Shown here one piece after another: positions 49,555 to 60,382 of a stretch of DNA of 64,000 nt. The position numbers and the translations under genes were made by a program. Source of the stretch: TPA_inf: Saccharomyces. Its lineage: Eukaryota. The DNA is taken from positions 1 to 64,000 of the forward strand of contig BK006948.2 of the NCBI GenBank assembly GCA_000146045.2, given 5' to 3'. Positions within the stretch are counted from its first letter, which is position 1. The number at the start of each line of letters is the position of its first letter. The notes under the pieces are model-generated. The model searched no databases and had not been told where the DNA came from. It was given only the letters and a program-made list of their open reading frames with translations.

Positions 49555-52500
49555 TTAGAACAATCCGTCGTTATCATCATTATCATTGTTTTCGTCGTTG
49601 TCATCGTTTTTATTTTGTTCCGAACCGCTCATTTGAGCTTCTTCCTCATCACTATCTTCAATAAATTCATTCGATAGTTGAGATTTTTTGCCCTTATTGT
49701 GAGAAGGCTTTTTCACCACATCATCGTCATCCTCGTCGCTGTCGGAAAGAGTTTTTTTAGCAGCTTTCCTTCTCTTAGATTCACCGCTATTTTTAGTTTT
49801 TGTTGACCTCTTTCTTTTTTGTCTTGGCTTTTCTTCGTCATATTCATTGTCTTTATCAGACAGATCTGAATCATCTTTAACATTATGTTCACTTATGGCC
49901 ATGGCTTCTCGCTCCTGGATTAACTTTTGTGCCTCATCTTGTAGTTTCCTATACTCCTCTGCCTGTTTTTCTAACTTCAAACGCCTGGCTTCCTCCTCCT
50001 GCTTCATCCATCCTTGCTCTTTTAATTCATTTTCTTCCAGAATTTTACGTGCTTCATCAATTTTGGCGCTTTGTTCCTTCTCAAATTCTTCTTGCTCATT
50101 CAAGGAACGTTCTAATGCACTTTTCATAGTAGTTTCACCCAATTGTATACGTTGTTCTAGTTCTTCCTTAGGAATCATATTGAATTCTTTTAGGTCGTTC
50201 AATTCTCTAAATAGTTCTAAACCTTCTTTTAAGCCTTCCAGGGAATCCTTGATTTGTTGAACCGTCCTAAATTTGGGATTTGATCTTCTTAATGTCTCTG
50301 CTATTTGAAAATGCAACAAAGCTATATTAAACTTAACACTATGAATGAACTTGCTCTTAGAAGACTCCTTCACGAAAAGATCCAAAGCAGTTTTGGCATT
50401 TTCCAAGGCTTTTTGATAAAAATTCACAGACCTTTCCTTAATGGCACGTGCGTACCAAGCTCTACCTAATAGGTTCAAAATATGTGGTCTTGTCTTTTCA
50501 TTGTCAAATTTTTTTAGAACTAATTCATAATTTTCGATCGCCTTACCATATTCACGCATTTCCAGATAACAATGGGCAAGGTTCAGTTGAACATCTTCAT
50601 TGTCTAAAGAATCTCTTACCTTCCTTAAAATTTCTAGAGCTGGTCCCAATCTTTTGCTTTCTGCAAAAATTATGGCAAGACCTTGAGCAGCGAAAATATT
50701 AAATGGATCAACTTGTAGAACTTTTTGATACAACTGGATGGCTTTCAAATAAGAATGCTTTGATTTTTCCTGTTCCTTTGGATTCCTGGACTTTTTACCG
50801 TCTCTGGCAATTGTCACATATAGATTAGCTAGAGAAATTAAGGCATATGCATCGTGAGAATTATACTTTACCAAAGTTTCCTTGTTATGGGTCGTACTCT
50901 TTTCATTGTTTTTTCTTTCCTTGCTGTTTTTCAAGTACCAACCATAAAATGAACGAATCTCCAGATCAGACTTGTTCAAATCTAATAGCTTATTCATTTC
51001 TGTACTCATATCTGAATCTTCTATCTTAGATTGTGCAAACTTGAGATATAGATTTCTTATTCTTGCCGCAATGTAAGCTGGATGTAAAGACGTCACCTGG
51101 GAATATATAGATTCTGATTTTTCACAGTCGTTTTTCTCATTAGTTCTTGCTATGTTATATTCAAGTGTAATATTGACACTTTCATCTTTATCACTCACTT
51201 TTGCCTTTGCTTGCTTAAAGAGATCATCAGCCTTTATAAAGTCACCGTTAATGAAGTGGTAACATGCCAAATTATTGAGCACTTCCAACGGAATTTCCTT
51301 TTTAATGAATTCCATTTCCTCCAAAGCTTTGGAAAGATAATCCAATGAAGTTTTATATTGGTTTTGTAATTCATACAGCTGAGAGATAACTAGGTAAGCT
51401 CTAGATATAACTAATTGGTTCTTTGTGGCAAGCGTTAATTTTAGGTATCTCTCCAAATACTTTAGAGCTTTTTCATTTAAGTTGCTTTGTTCTTTTGCTG
51501 AAGTGTTTTTGGCTGTCTTGGCATCAAAGGCCTTGCCTGCATAAAGCATACCCAAGATATAGTTTAATTCTTGTAAACTTTCATTTGTCTTGTAAAGATT
51601 CTCGAAAGTGATGATACTTTCCTCCAACAAGTTATTTTTAATTTGGGTTTGACCCAGCCCTAATTTCGCGAGCAGGTTATCTTCATTTTTCTTTAAACTT
51701 TCTTGAAACATGATGAATGATTTACGATAATCACCTAATGCATAATGCGCTCTACCACACCAAAATGAAGATTCAGATAGAACAATTTTGGCTATCATCG
51801 GACTCATTTTTAAAATCCTATGGTGATAAATATCCAAAACAGTTTGATAATCACCTTTGAAGTAGTAGTACGTTTGTAATAACGTCAATAAAACAGGATT
51901 ATGCTGGTTTTCGGAGAAAATGTTGTTCAAGTCACTCAATGCCTTTGTAAAAGCCTCCTTGAATGTTTTATCGTTTGTAGAATTGGTGAAAGATTCGCGA
52001 AATTCACCCAATAATACTAAAATGGAGGCACTCGTATTTTTTGGATTTAGTTGTAAGGCTCTCTGCCACGATTTGATAGCCATCTTAGAATCCTTTAATT
52101 GCCAAAAACACAGACCAATTCCAATACGAGGATCTGGTTGCAAAACAGGGTTGATGACCAGCAATTCTTGAAAAATTTTCAGACTGGCCATATAATTTTT
52201 CTTCTGATAAAGCAATTTCGCTCTTAAAAGTAAAAACAAGCAATTGGGTTTGGATTGCCTACCAGACCTGTGGTCTTCAGCATGAATACTCTTTACAAAA
52301 AGGTCGGATGTTTCCAAAGCCTTGTCATAATGACCGCGCTGGTAGTATAACTCGACCGTGGCTAGCATATTTCCAATCCATGTGGGGTCGAACCCAATAG
52401 CATCCTTTAGGTTTAATTCAGCCTGTGTCAGTTCATGCTCTTTCGTTTCCACACTCAGCGATTGTCCCTTTGCTAGATTTAAATGTGCCCAGGTCAGAAA

Positions 52501-52788
52501 AGTGTGTAGTGAAGCCCTTTCAGAGTTTTGGAAAACATCCAAGGCCATTTCAATTAGCTTAATACCTTCGTTTGTTTTTCCGTGGTTGCAATAAGCAAGT
52601 GCAATGGTCAACCAATGTTCTTTTTCAGAATTTTCCTCAACTAAAAGAGTCTTTAAATCTGTTGGATCATCCGGCAAGTCGGTTTCTAAATCGATACCGA
52701 CCAATTCTTCTGAAGCCTTTAATGGAATATCTAAGGACGTTGGCCATTCCATAGAAGGGTAGCCTTCCACCTTCATTGCGTTTGTCAT
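49555..52788 (-). CDS. CTR9: Paf1 complex subunit, TPR-repeat protein with acidic/basic C-terminal tail, 1077 aa
   Basis: MTNAMKVEGYPSMEWPTSLDIPLKASEELVGIDLETDLP...; many TPR-like repeats; Lys/Glu/Asp-rich C-terminus. Confidence 0.92.
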   Translation of the reverse strand: MTNAMKVEGYPSMEWPTSLDIPLKASEELVGIDLETDLPDDPTDLKTLLVEENSEKEHWLTIALAYCNHGKTNEGIKLIEMALDVFQNSERASLHTFLTWAHLNLAKGQSLSVETKEHELTQAELNLKDAIGFDPTWIGNMLATVELYYQRGHYDKALETSDLFVKSIHAEDHRSGRQSKPNCLFLLLRAKLLYQKKNYMASLKIFQELLVINPVLQPDPRIGIGLCFWQLKDSKMAIKSWQRALQLNPKNTSASILVLLGEFRESFTNSTNDKTFKEAFTKALSDLNNIFSENQHNPVLLTLLQTYYYFKGDYQTVLDIYHHRILKMSPMIAKIVLSESSFWCGRAHYALGDYRKSFIMFQESLKKNEDNLLAKLGLGQTQIKNNLLEESIITFENLYKTNESLQELNYILGMLYAGKAFDAKTAKNTSAKEQSNLNEKALKYLERYLKLTLATKNQLVISRAYLVISQLYELQNQYKTSLDYLSKALEEMEFIKKEIPLEVLNNLACYHFINGDFIKADDLFKQAKAKVSDKDESVNITLEYNIARTNEKNDCEKSESIYSQVTSLHPAYIAARIRNLYLKFAQSKIEDSDMSTEMNKLLDLNKSDLEIRSFYGWYLKNSKERKNNEKSTTHNKETLVKYNSHDAYALISLANLYVTIARDGKKSRNPKEQEKSKHSYLKAIQLYQKVLQVDPFNIFAAQGLAIIFAESKRLGPALEILRKVRDSLDNEDVQLNLAHCYLEMREYGKAIENYELVLKKFDNEKTRPHILNLLGRAWYARAIKERSVNFYQKALENAKTALDLFVKESSKSKFIHSVKFNIALLHFQIAETLRRSNPKFRTVQQIKDSLEGLKEGLELFRELNDLKEFNMIPKEELEQRIQLGETTMKSALERSLNEQEEFEKEQSAKIDEARKILEENELKEQGWMKQEEEARRLKLEKQAEEYRKLQDEAQKLIQEREAMAISEHNVKDDSDLSDKDNEYDEEKPRQKRKRSTKTKNSGESKRRKAAKKTLSDSDEDDDDVVKKPSHNKGKKSQLSNEFIEDSDEEEAQMSGSEQNKNDDNDENNDNDDNDGLF

Positions 52789-52976
52789 GTTTTTTTTTCT
52801 TGCTCTCAACACAAATGGACCAGACAATTAGAACTTTGCACAGAAGTGATTGTTAGATAAGACACTATGGTACTAATAACAACTGTCTATCTACCGTAAT
52901 ATTATCTTTTCCTATAAAATGAATAATTTTTCATTCAAAAAAAGTTCGATTACGGGTAACGAGCAAATAGTTACTG

Positions 52977-52987
52977 TGAAAATTTTT
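52977..52987. promoter_or_regulatory. RRPE motif (TGAAAATTTTT) upstream of NOP8, about -120
   Basis: Seen directly. Confidence 0.55.
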
Positions 52988-52996
52988 AAGAATTGA

Positions 52997-53004
52997 GCGA
53001 TGAG
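52997..53004. promoter_or_regulatory. PAC motif (GCGATGAG) upstream of NOP8, about -100, ~10 bp from the RRPE
   Basis: Seen directly. Confidence 0.6.
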
Positions 53005-53097
53005 CTAAAATGTCAATGTCAGTCAATTAACAAAGTATACAATAGGCCCATATCATTTTAGATTGTACCTGAAGTGAGAACTAGGTAATATACGACG

Positions 53098-54552
53098 ATG
53101 GATAGTGTAATTCAAAAAAGAATTTTTGTCGGAAATATTTTCCATAATGCAGATGATTGTTATTCAGAACTACTAGATCGATTTGGAAAATTTGGTGATT
53201 GCCAAGATTTTCAGTTTGAAAAACACAACCACTTTGCATTTATCGATATAAGGTTTAATGATGAGGCAGATTTTAACAAGCTAAGAAAGAGCTTTAATAA
53301 TGTTAAGTTTAAAGGGAACATTTTGAAGGTTGATGAAGCAAAGCCGAATTGGGAAAGCACCTGGGCGGTACAACATGCAAAGGACCTTAAAGAAGATATT
53401 ATACTAAATGCTAAAATGAAAAAAAAGAATTGGCAACATTATAAGAAAATGGAAAATGTAGCGAAAAGTTGGAAAGATCATAAGGAAGTTATTGCTGGCA
53501 GAATGAGGGAGGCGCCGAGAAAAAGGAGTCAATTGAGGAACATTACATTCAGGATCAATGTCAATGGTTCATTGAAAGTTTACAAATGCTATAAGACTAA
53601 ATTATGGGGTTATGAAAGGAACAAAGAATTGAATGACCTTGTGTACAAGTTTACAAATAATTTCTGGAAAAACGGATACAACCACATTGTCGATAGATTG
53701 GATTACAGTCGTGCTGTTAAAACTGTTCGATTCAAAAATGGGCTGAAACAGTTAACAGTGTCAAAAGATGAAAACGTTTGCAGTGGAGAGATGGACAGCG
53801 ATGAGAATATGTCAGAAGAGGAGAAGGAGAAAAATAATGTTATTCTTAATGACCTATTAAAGGACTTTGACTTCGATAAGCCAATGACGTTGAATGATTC
53901 GGACGAGGAACTTCTGACAGAGCAACGTAAAGGAGAGGAAGAAGAAGAAGAAGAAGAAGAAAAAGAAGTAAACGCTCCCGAATACGAGAATGTTAATAAG
54001 ACGAAGGACCAGAGCACCCTACCACAAGAAAAACCAGAGGAAAGGAAAGAACAGGACGAGGGCGACGGGCAGGAGGATAATGAATTTATTCCGACTTTCA
54101 CCAAGGAAATTGGTCAAGGTACAATAAGCAACACTGAGACGTTAAGAAACCTATTCAACCCCAACGAGGCAGAACCTGTATCACAATTCAAATTGATTGA
54201 AGATTCTGATAATGATATTGATCATGCGAAAGATGTTGATGTGAACCAACTGGAGGAAGAAGTAAGTAAATCATCTGACACCCTAGGTTTGACATCGGCT
54301 CCCGTACCACATGTATCTAGAGATAAAGATAACAAAAATTTCTTGTTTTTCCCTCATTTGCAATCGCCATTTTTAGTAGGACAAACACAGTTGAGTAAAG
54401 TAAGGGCTCCTGGAAGAGAAACAATGCTATCGAACTGGGATGAGGAGTTCTGGGCTAACAGAGGTAATTGGACCCGTGATATGAGGCGCAAAATGAAAGA
54501 TGCATTGAAGCACCGTAAGAGGAAACAATCAAAGAGCGGGCTTCTTCTATAG
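53098..54552 (+). CDS. NOP8: Nucleolar protein required for 60S ribosome biogenesis, RRM-like N-terminus and acidic stretch, 484 aa
   Basis: MDSVIQKRIFVGNIFHNADDCYSELLDRFGKFG...; poly-Glu encoded by (GAA)n at ~53938-53960. Confidence 0.9.
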   Translation: MDSVIQKRIFVGNIFHNADDCYSELLDRFGKFGDCQDFQFEKHNHFAFIDIRFNDEADFNKLRKSFNNVKFKGNILKVDEAKPNWESTWAVQHAKDLKEDIILNAKMKKKNWQHYKKMENVAKSWKDHKEVIAGRMREAPRKRSQLRNITFRINVNGSLKVYKCYKTKLWGYERNKELNDLVYKFTNNFWKNGYNHIVDRLDYSRAVKTVRFKNGLKQLTVSKDENVCSGEMDSDENMSEEEKEKNNVILNDLLKDFDFDKPMTLNDSDEELLTEQRKGEEEEEEEEEKEVNAPEYENVNKTKDQSTLPQEKPEERKEQDEGDGQEDNEFIPTFTKEIGQGTISNTETLRNLFNPNEAEPVSQFKLIEDSDNDIDHAKDVDVNQLEEEVSKSSDTLGLTSAPVPHVSRDKDNKNFLFFPHLQSPFLVGQTQLSKVRAPGRETMLSNWDEEFWANRGNWTRDMRRKMKDALKHRKRKQSKSGLLL

Positions 54553-54594
54553 TGAGTATATATACATATATAGTATAGATTTCTCTGCGCTTAT

Positions 54595-55150
<556 letters not shown>

Positions 55151-55557
55151 CCTTTTCATGCTTTTGAACCCACTCTCTGGGGCAATATTTCATTGTTCTC
55201 TTTTATATGGCTACTTTTCTCTTATTAACGGGGACCTCCGAAAATATCTCCGCTCCCAGAATATGTCATAGAGCCTTAAGAATTGACCTACGGGAACCTC
55301 CGAAAACCTCCCAGAGTTTTAATTATACGTCATAGAACCCCAGACCTCTTCGATGAAGTTTCGTGGAAACTAGTTCCATCCACCTCACTTAAAGTTACCT
55401 TAATGAAAGCCATCATTGTTTACTAGTAAGGGTAGTGGTGTGACCCGGACCTGATCGGCTGAAATTTTTTGGTTTAGAGAAGCATATTAAACCAACAGCA
55501 CAAACGGATGCTTCAGCAGCTCATCTCCAGCATTTCGACTAACCAAGAGCATACAAG

Positions 55558-56280
55558 ATGTCTACGTTCATATTCCCTGGTGATAGCTTTCCTGTAGACC
55601 CTACTACACCTGTTAAACTGGGCCCTGGCATATATTGTGACCCCAATACTCAAGAAATACGACCTGTTAATACAGGTGTTTTGCATGTTTCCGCTAAGGG
55701 TAAGAGTGGTGTTCAGACCGCATATATAGACTATTCTAGTAAGAGATACATTCCATCTGTAAACGATTTTGTAATCGGTGTCATTATAGGGACATTTTCA
55801 GATAGCTATAAGGTTTCGTTGCAAAATTTCTCCTCCAGTGTTTCACTATCGTATATGGCTTTTCCCAATGCTTCAAAGAAAAACAGGCCAACTTTGCAAG
55901 TGGGAGATCTAGTGTATGCGAGAGTTTGTACCGCAGAAAAGGAACTAGAAGCCGAAATAGAATGTTTTGACTCAACTACAGGACGCGATGCTGGTTTCGG
56001 GATATTGGAAGATGGTATGATCATTGACGTGAATTTGAATTTCGCACGCCAGTTGCTTTTCAATAATGACTTCCCGTTATTAAAAGTGTTGGCTGCACAT
56101 ACCAAGTTTGAAGTCGCCATTGGTCTCAATGGGAAGATCTGGGTTAAGTGCGAGGAATTATCTAACACTTTAGCTTGTTATAGAACCATAATGGAGTGTT
56201 GTCAAAAAAACGACACGGCAGCGTTCAAGGATATAGCAAAAAGACAGTTTAAAGAAATACTTACGGTCAAGGAGGAGTAG
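55558..56280 (+). CDS. RRP40: Exosome non-catalytic subunit (S1/KH), 240 aa
   Basis: MSTFIFPGDSFPVDPTTPVKLGPGIYCDPNTQEIRPVNTGVLHVS... matches Rrp40. Confidence 0.9.
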   Translation: MSTFIFPGDSFPVDPTTPVKLGPGIYCDPNTQEIRPVNTGVLHVSAKGKSGVQTAYIDYSSKRYIPSVNDFVIGVIIGTFSDSYKVSLQNFSSSVSLSYMAFPNASKKNRPTLQVGDLVYARVCTAEKELEAEIECFDSTTGRDAGFGILEDGMIIDVNLNFARQLLFNNDFPLLKVLAAHTKFEVAIGLNGKIWVKCEELSNTLACYRTIMECCQKNDTAAFKDIAKRQFKEILTVKEE

Positions 56281-56376
56281 ACTACCATGTATAATTAAAA
56301 TATATAAACACATAGATATCATCAATATTTCACGTCCTTTTTTAATGTCCTTTGAAAAAGCGAAGGAAAAAAAGTT

Positions 56377-56402
56377 TCATCTCATCTCATCTCATCACAT
56401 CT
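56377..56402. repeat. (TCATC)n pentanucleotide microsatellite upstream of PPM2
   Basis: tcatctcatctcatctcatcacatc seen directly. Confidence 0.85.
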
Positions 56403-56451
56403 AACATATGGCCATAAAATTTCGACAACTATAGTGCACATATCTAATACG

Positions 56452-58539
56452 ATGAAGAATCTGACCACTATAAAGCAAACGAACAAGAATGTCAAACAAG
56501 AAAGACGTAAAAAGTACGCTGATTTGGCGATTCAAGGCACAAATAACTCCTCAATTGCTTCTAAAAGATCGGTAGAGTTATTGTATTTGCCAAAACTGAG
56601 TTCGGCTAATAATTTCCAAATGGATAAGAATAATAAACTGTTGGAATATTTTAAATTCTTTGTTCCTAAGAAAATTAAAAGATCTCCCTGTATTAACAGA
56701 GGTTATTGGTTGAGGTTATTTGCCATCAGGTCAAGATTGAACTCCATCATTGAACAAACGCCACAGGATAAAAAGATAGTTGTTGTTAACCTTGGTTGTG
56801 GGTACGATCCATTACCATTTCAACTATTAGACACCAATAACATACAAAGTCAACAATATCATGACCGAGTTTCCTTTATTGATATTGATTACTCTGATTT
56901 ATTGAAAATTAAAATTGAGTTGATCAAAACTATACCCGAGCTTTCGAAAATTATTGGTCTTTCTGAAGATAAAGATTATGTTGATGATAGTAATGTTGAT
57001 TTTTTGACTACTCCAAAGTATCTCGCCCGACCATGCGACTTGAACGATTCTAAGATGTTCAGCACATTGCTAAATGAGTGTCAATTATACGATCCAAACG
57101 TTGTCAAAGTATTTGTTGCTGAAGTATCACTGGCGTATATGAAGCCGGAGCGTTCTGATAGTATAATCGAGGCAACTTCTAAGATGGAGAATAGTCATTT
57201 TATTATTCTTGAGCAGTTGATTCCAAAGGGACCTTTTGAACCCTTTTCTAAGCAGATGCTAGCTCATTTCAAGAGAAATGATTCTCCGTTACAGTCTGTA
57301 TTAAAGTATAATACTATCGAGTCACAGGTTCAACGATTCAATAAGTTAGGTTTCGCTTACGTTAACGTGGGTGATATGTTTCAACTGTGGGAAAGCGCAG
57401 ATGAGGCAACCAAGAAGGAACTTTTAAAGGTAGAGCCTTTTGATGAACTAGAGGAGTTCCATTTATTTTGTCATCATTATGTTTTATGCCACGCTACGAA
57501 CTATAAAGAATTCGCATTTACTCAAGGGTTTTTGTTTGACAGATCAATATCTGAGATAAACCTAACTGTGGATGAAGACTATCAGCTTCTAGAATGCGAG
57601 TGCCCCATCAATAGAAAATTTGGCGATGTAGATGTCGCTGGAAATGATGTGTTTTACATGGGAGGTAGTAACCCATACAGAGTAAACGAAATATTACAGT
57701 TGAGTATACACTACGACAAAATAGACATGAAGAATATTGAAGTAAGCAGCAGCGAGGTTCCTGTAGCAAGAATGTGTCACACTTTTACAACTATTTCTAG
57801 AAATAACCAGCTACTGCTTATTGGAGGTAGAAAGGCACCACACCAAGGTCTCTCTGATAATTGGATATTTGATATGAAAACAAGAGAGTGGTCGATGATC
57901 AAGAGTTTATCACACACGAGATTCAGACATAGTGCATGTAGCTTACCGGATGGAAACGTCCTGATCCTTGGTGGGGTTACAGAAGGACCTGCCATGCTGC
58001 TATACAATGTCACCGAAGAAATCTTCAAAGACGTAACTCCAAAAGATGAATTCTTCCAAAATTCGCTAGTATCAGCGGGTCTAGAATTTGATCCGGTTTC
58101 CAAACAAGGCATAATATTGGGTGGTGGATTTATGGATCAAACAACTGTCTCGGACAAGGCAATTATTTTCAAATATGATGCGGAAAATGCTACTGAACCA
58201 ATTACGGTGATTAAGAAGCTCCAGCACCCCTTATTTCAACGTTATGGATCCCAGATAAAATACATTACTCCAAGAAAGCTATTAATAGTCGGTGGAACAA
58301 GTCCTTCCGGGCTATTTGACCGGACCAACTCTATAATCAGCCTTGATCCGCTGAGTGAGACGCTAACATCAATTCCCATATCAAGACGCATATGGGAAGA
58401 TCACTCACTAATGCTTGCTGGATTTAGTTTGGTGTCCACTTCTATGGGCACCATACATATCATTGGAGGCGGTGCCACTTGCTACGGCTTTGGATCAGTG
58501 ACTAATGTAGGTCTTAAGCTCATAGCAATCGCGAAATAA
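56452..58539 (+). CDS. PPM2: tRNA(Phe) wybutosine-synthesis methyltransferase (LCM-type SAM-MTase N-terminus, kelch-repeat C-terminus), 695 aa
   Basis: MKNLTTIKQTNKNVKQERRKKYADLAIQGTNN...; VVNLGCGYD SAM-binding motif; matches Ppm2/Tyw4. Confidence 0.9.
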   Translation: MKNLTTIKQTNKNVKQERRKKYADLAIQGTNNSSIASKRSVELLYLPKLSSANNFQMDKNNKLLEYFKFFVPKKIKRSPCINRGYWLRLFAIRSRLNSIIEQTPQDKKIVVVNLGCGYDPLPFQLLDTNNIQSQQYHDRVSFIDIDYSDLLKIKIELIKTIPELSKIIGLSEDKDYVDDSNVDFLTTPKYLARPCDLNDSKMFSTLLNECQLYDPNVVKVFVAEVSLAYMKPERSDSIIEATSKMENSHFIILEQLIPKGPFEPFSKQMLAHFKRNDSPLQSVLKYNTIESQVQRFNKLGFAYVNVGDMFQLWESADEATKKELLKVEPFDELEEFHLFCHHYVLCHATNYKEFAFTQGFLFDRSISEINLTVDEDYQLLECECPINRKFGDVDVAGNDVFYMGGSNPYRVNEILQLSIHYDKIDMKNIEVSSSEVPVARMCHTFTTISRNNQLLLIGGRKAPHQGLSDNWIFDMKTREWSMIKSLSHTRFRHSACSLPDGNVLILGGVTEGPAMLLYNVTEEIFKDVTPKDEFFQNSLVSAGLEFDPVSKQGIILGGGFMDQTTVSDKAIIFKYDAENATEPITVIKKLQHPLFQRYGSQIKYITPRKLLIVGGTSPSGLFDRTNSIISLDPLSETLTSIPISRRIWEDHSLMLAGFSLVSTSMGTIHIIGGGATCYGFGSVTNVGLKLIAIAK

Positions 58540-58568
58540 TGCTCCTATCGGGATTCGAATGGTTGCCA

Positions 58569-58575
58569 GCTCGCT
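58569..58575. promoter_or_regulatory. Gcn4 response element (TGACTCA) about -190 from ARG8
   Basis: gctatgtgactcacttaaag seen directly. Confidence 0.6.
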
Positions 58576-58758
58576 ATGTGACTCACTTAAAGTACATGAT
58601 GCGTCATTGTGCACTTTTTTACGAAATAATGGCCTTTTTCCGCTCTATTTAAAAGCGTGAAAAAAAAATTGCAACATGAAGAAAATTCGACTCTTAAGTG
58701 CAAGTGACTGCGAACATTTTTTTCGTTTGTTAGAATAATTCAAGAATCGCTACCAATC

Positions 58759-60030
58759 ATGTTTAAAAGATATTTATCCAGTACGTCATCAAGAAGATTT
58801 ACAAGCATTTTAGAGGAAAAGGCCTTTCAAGTGACCACTTACTCTAGACCTGAAGATCTATGTATAACTAGAGGTAAAAATGCAAAGCTGTATGATGACG
58901 TGAATGGTAAAGAATATATCGATTTCACCGCAGGTATTGCGGTGACCGCATTAGGCCATGCAAATCCTAAAGTGGCAGAAATTCTGCACCATCAGGCTAA
59001 CAAACTGGTTCATTCCTCCAACCTTTACTTCACTAAGGAATGTTTGGATTTAAGTGAAAAGATTGTTGAAAAGACCAAGCAATTCGGTGGTCAACACGAC
59101 GCCTCAAGAGTATTTTTATGTAATTCTGGTACGGAAGCAAATGAAGCTGCTTTGAAGTTTGCAAAGAAACATGGTATAATGAAAAATCCTAGCAAGCAAG
59201 GCATTGTTGCATTTGAGAACTCTTTTCATGGCCGTACTATGGGCGCTTTATCTGTCACTTGGAATAGTAAATATAGAACTCCTTTTGGGGATTTGGTTCC
59301 CCATGTCTCATTCTTAAATTTGAATGACGAAATGACCAAACTACAAAGTTATATCGAGACCAAAAAGGACGAGATTGCTGGTTTAATTGTCGAGCCCATA
59401 CAAGGTGAAGGTGGGGTTTTTCCCGTAGAAGTTGAAAAGCTAACCGGATTGAAGAAAATATGTCAAGATAATGATGTGATTGTCATTCATGATGAAATTC
59501 AATGCGGTTTGGGCCGTTCAGGTAAACTATGGGCTCATGCTTATTTACCAAGTGAGGCTCATCCGGATATTTTTACATCTGCCAAAGCATTGGGAAATGG
59601 CTTCCCCATCGCTGCCACCATCGTCAATGAAAAAGTTAATAATGCTTTGAGAGTTGGTGACCACGGCACCACGTATGGTGGTAATCCGCTGGCCTGTTCT
59701 GTAAGCAACTATGTTTTGGATACCATAGCAGACGAAGCTTTTTTGAAACAAGTCTCTAAGAAGAGTGATATCTTACAAAAGCGCTTGCGCGAAATTCAAG
59801 CCAAATATCCAAATCAAATAAAGACTATCAGAGGAAAAGGTTTGATGCTTGGTGCTGAGTTCGTCGAACCACCCACCGAGGTCATCAAAAAGGCCAGAGA
59901 ATTGGGACTTTTGATCATTACCGCTGGTAAGAGTACCGTTAGATTTGTTCCCGCATTAACGATTGAAGACGAACTAATCGAAGAAGGGATGGATGCTTTT
60001 GAAAAGGCTATTGAAGCGGTTTACGCTTAA
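58759..60030 (+). CDS. ARG8: Acetylornithine aminotransferase (class III PLP aminotransferase, arginine biosynthesis), 423 aa
   Basis: [16 protein letters not shown]... mitochondrial presequence; PLP-lysine motif around [15 protein letters not shown]; matches Arg8. Confidence 0.93.
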   Translation: MFKRYLSSTSSRRFTSILEEKAFQVTTYSRPEDLCITRGKNAKLYDDVNGKEYIDFTAGIAVTALGHANPKVAEILHHQANKLVHSSNLYFTKECLDLSEKIVEKTKQFGGQHDASRVFLCNSGTEANEAALKFAKKHGIMKNPSKQGIVAFENSFHGRTMGALSVTWNSKYRTPFGDLVPHVSFLNLNDEMTKLQSYIETKKDEIAGLIVEPIQGEGGVFPVEVEKLTGLKKICQDNDVIVIHDEIQCGLGRSGKLWAHAYLPSEAHPDIFTSAKALGNGFPIAATIVNEKVNNALRVGDHGTTYGGNPLACSVSNYVLDTIADEAFLKQVSKKSDILQKRLREIQAKYPNQIKTIRGKGLMLGAEFVEPPTEVIKKARELGLLIITAGKSTVRFVPALTIEDELIEEGMDAFEKAIEAVYA

Positions 60031-60213
60031 ATATACTTTGTAAATTGTCATGTATAGATTGTTTTTTTTTTTTTCATCTTTATATTGTAGTATAAAAAAT
60101 GCCATTCGGTCAGAGACACATAGGAACATCTTACGTGATATGTACATGTGGTGCGTCTTTCATACCTTGAATGATATAATTAATAAGAGTTGTCCTTTTA
60201 ACGTCATCCTCTC

Positions 60214-60237
60214 TTTTTTTTTTTTTTTTTTTTTTTT
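60214..60237. repeat. Poly(dT) tract of ~24 nt (poly(dA) on the CDC33 sense strand) in the ARG8/CDC33 convergent 3' region; a second (T)13 lies at 60062-60074
   Basis: Seen directly. Confidence 0.9.
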
Positions 60238-60382
60238 CTCCTTCATTTTGACTTTTCCTTCTGTGTTAACATGATGAGTTTATACGTGCATCCTAACTAG
60301 TAGAATGTATATATATTATATTATGATTATATATATAATTTTGATTAAAATAACAATTATCTTAAGAAAAATTCAGACTATC

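Noticed and set aside
49847-50260. 137-aa + strand ORF (Ser/Cys-rich) inside CTR9, and similar + ORFs at 50448, 51920 and 52358
   Set aside because: They are antisense to the well-supported CTR9 CDS, have low-complexity composition and no start context.
53703-54104. 133-aa minus-strand poly-Ser ORF inside NOP8
   Set aside because: It is the antisense reading of the (GAA)n / acidic-region codons of NOP8.
58551-58565. gggattcgaatgg resembling the reverse complement of a tRNA T-loop
   Set aside because: There are no flanking stems, acceptor or anticodon arm; the region is better explained as the ARG8 promoter carrying a GCRE.
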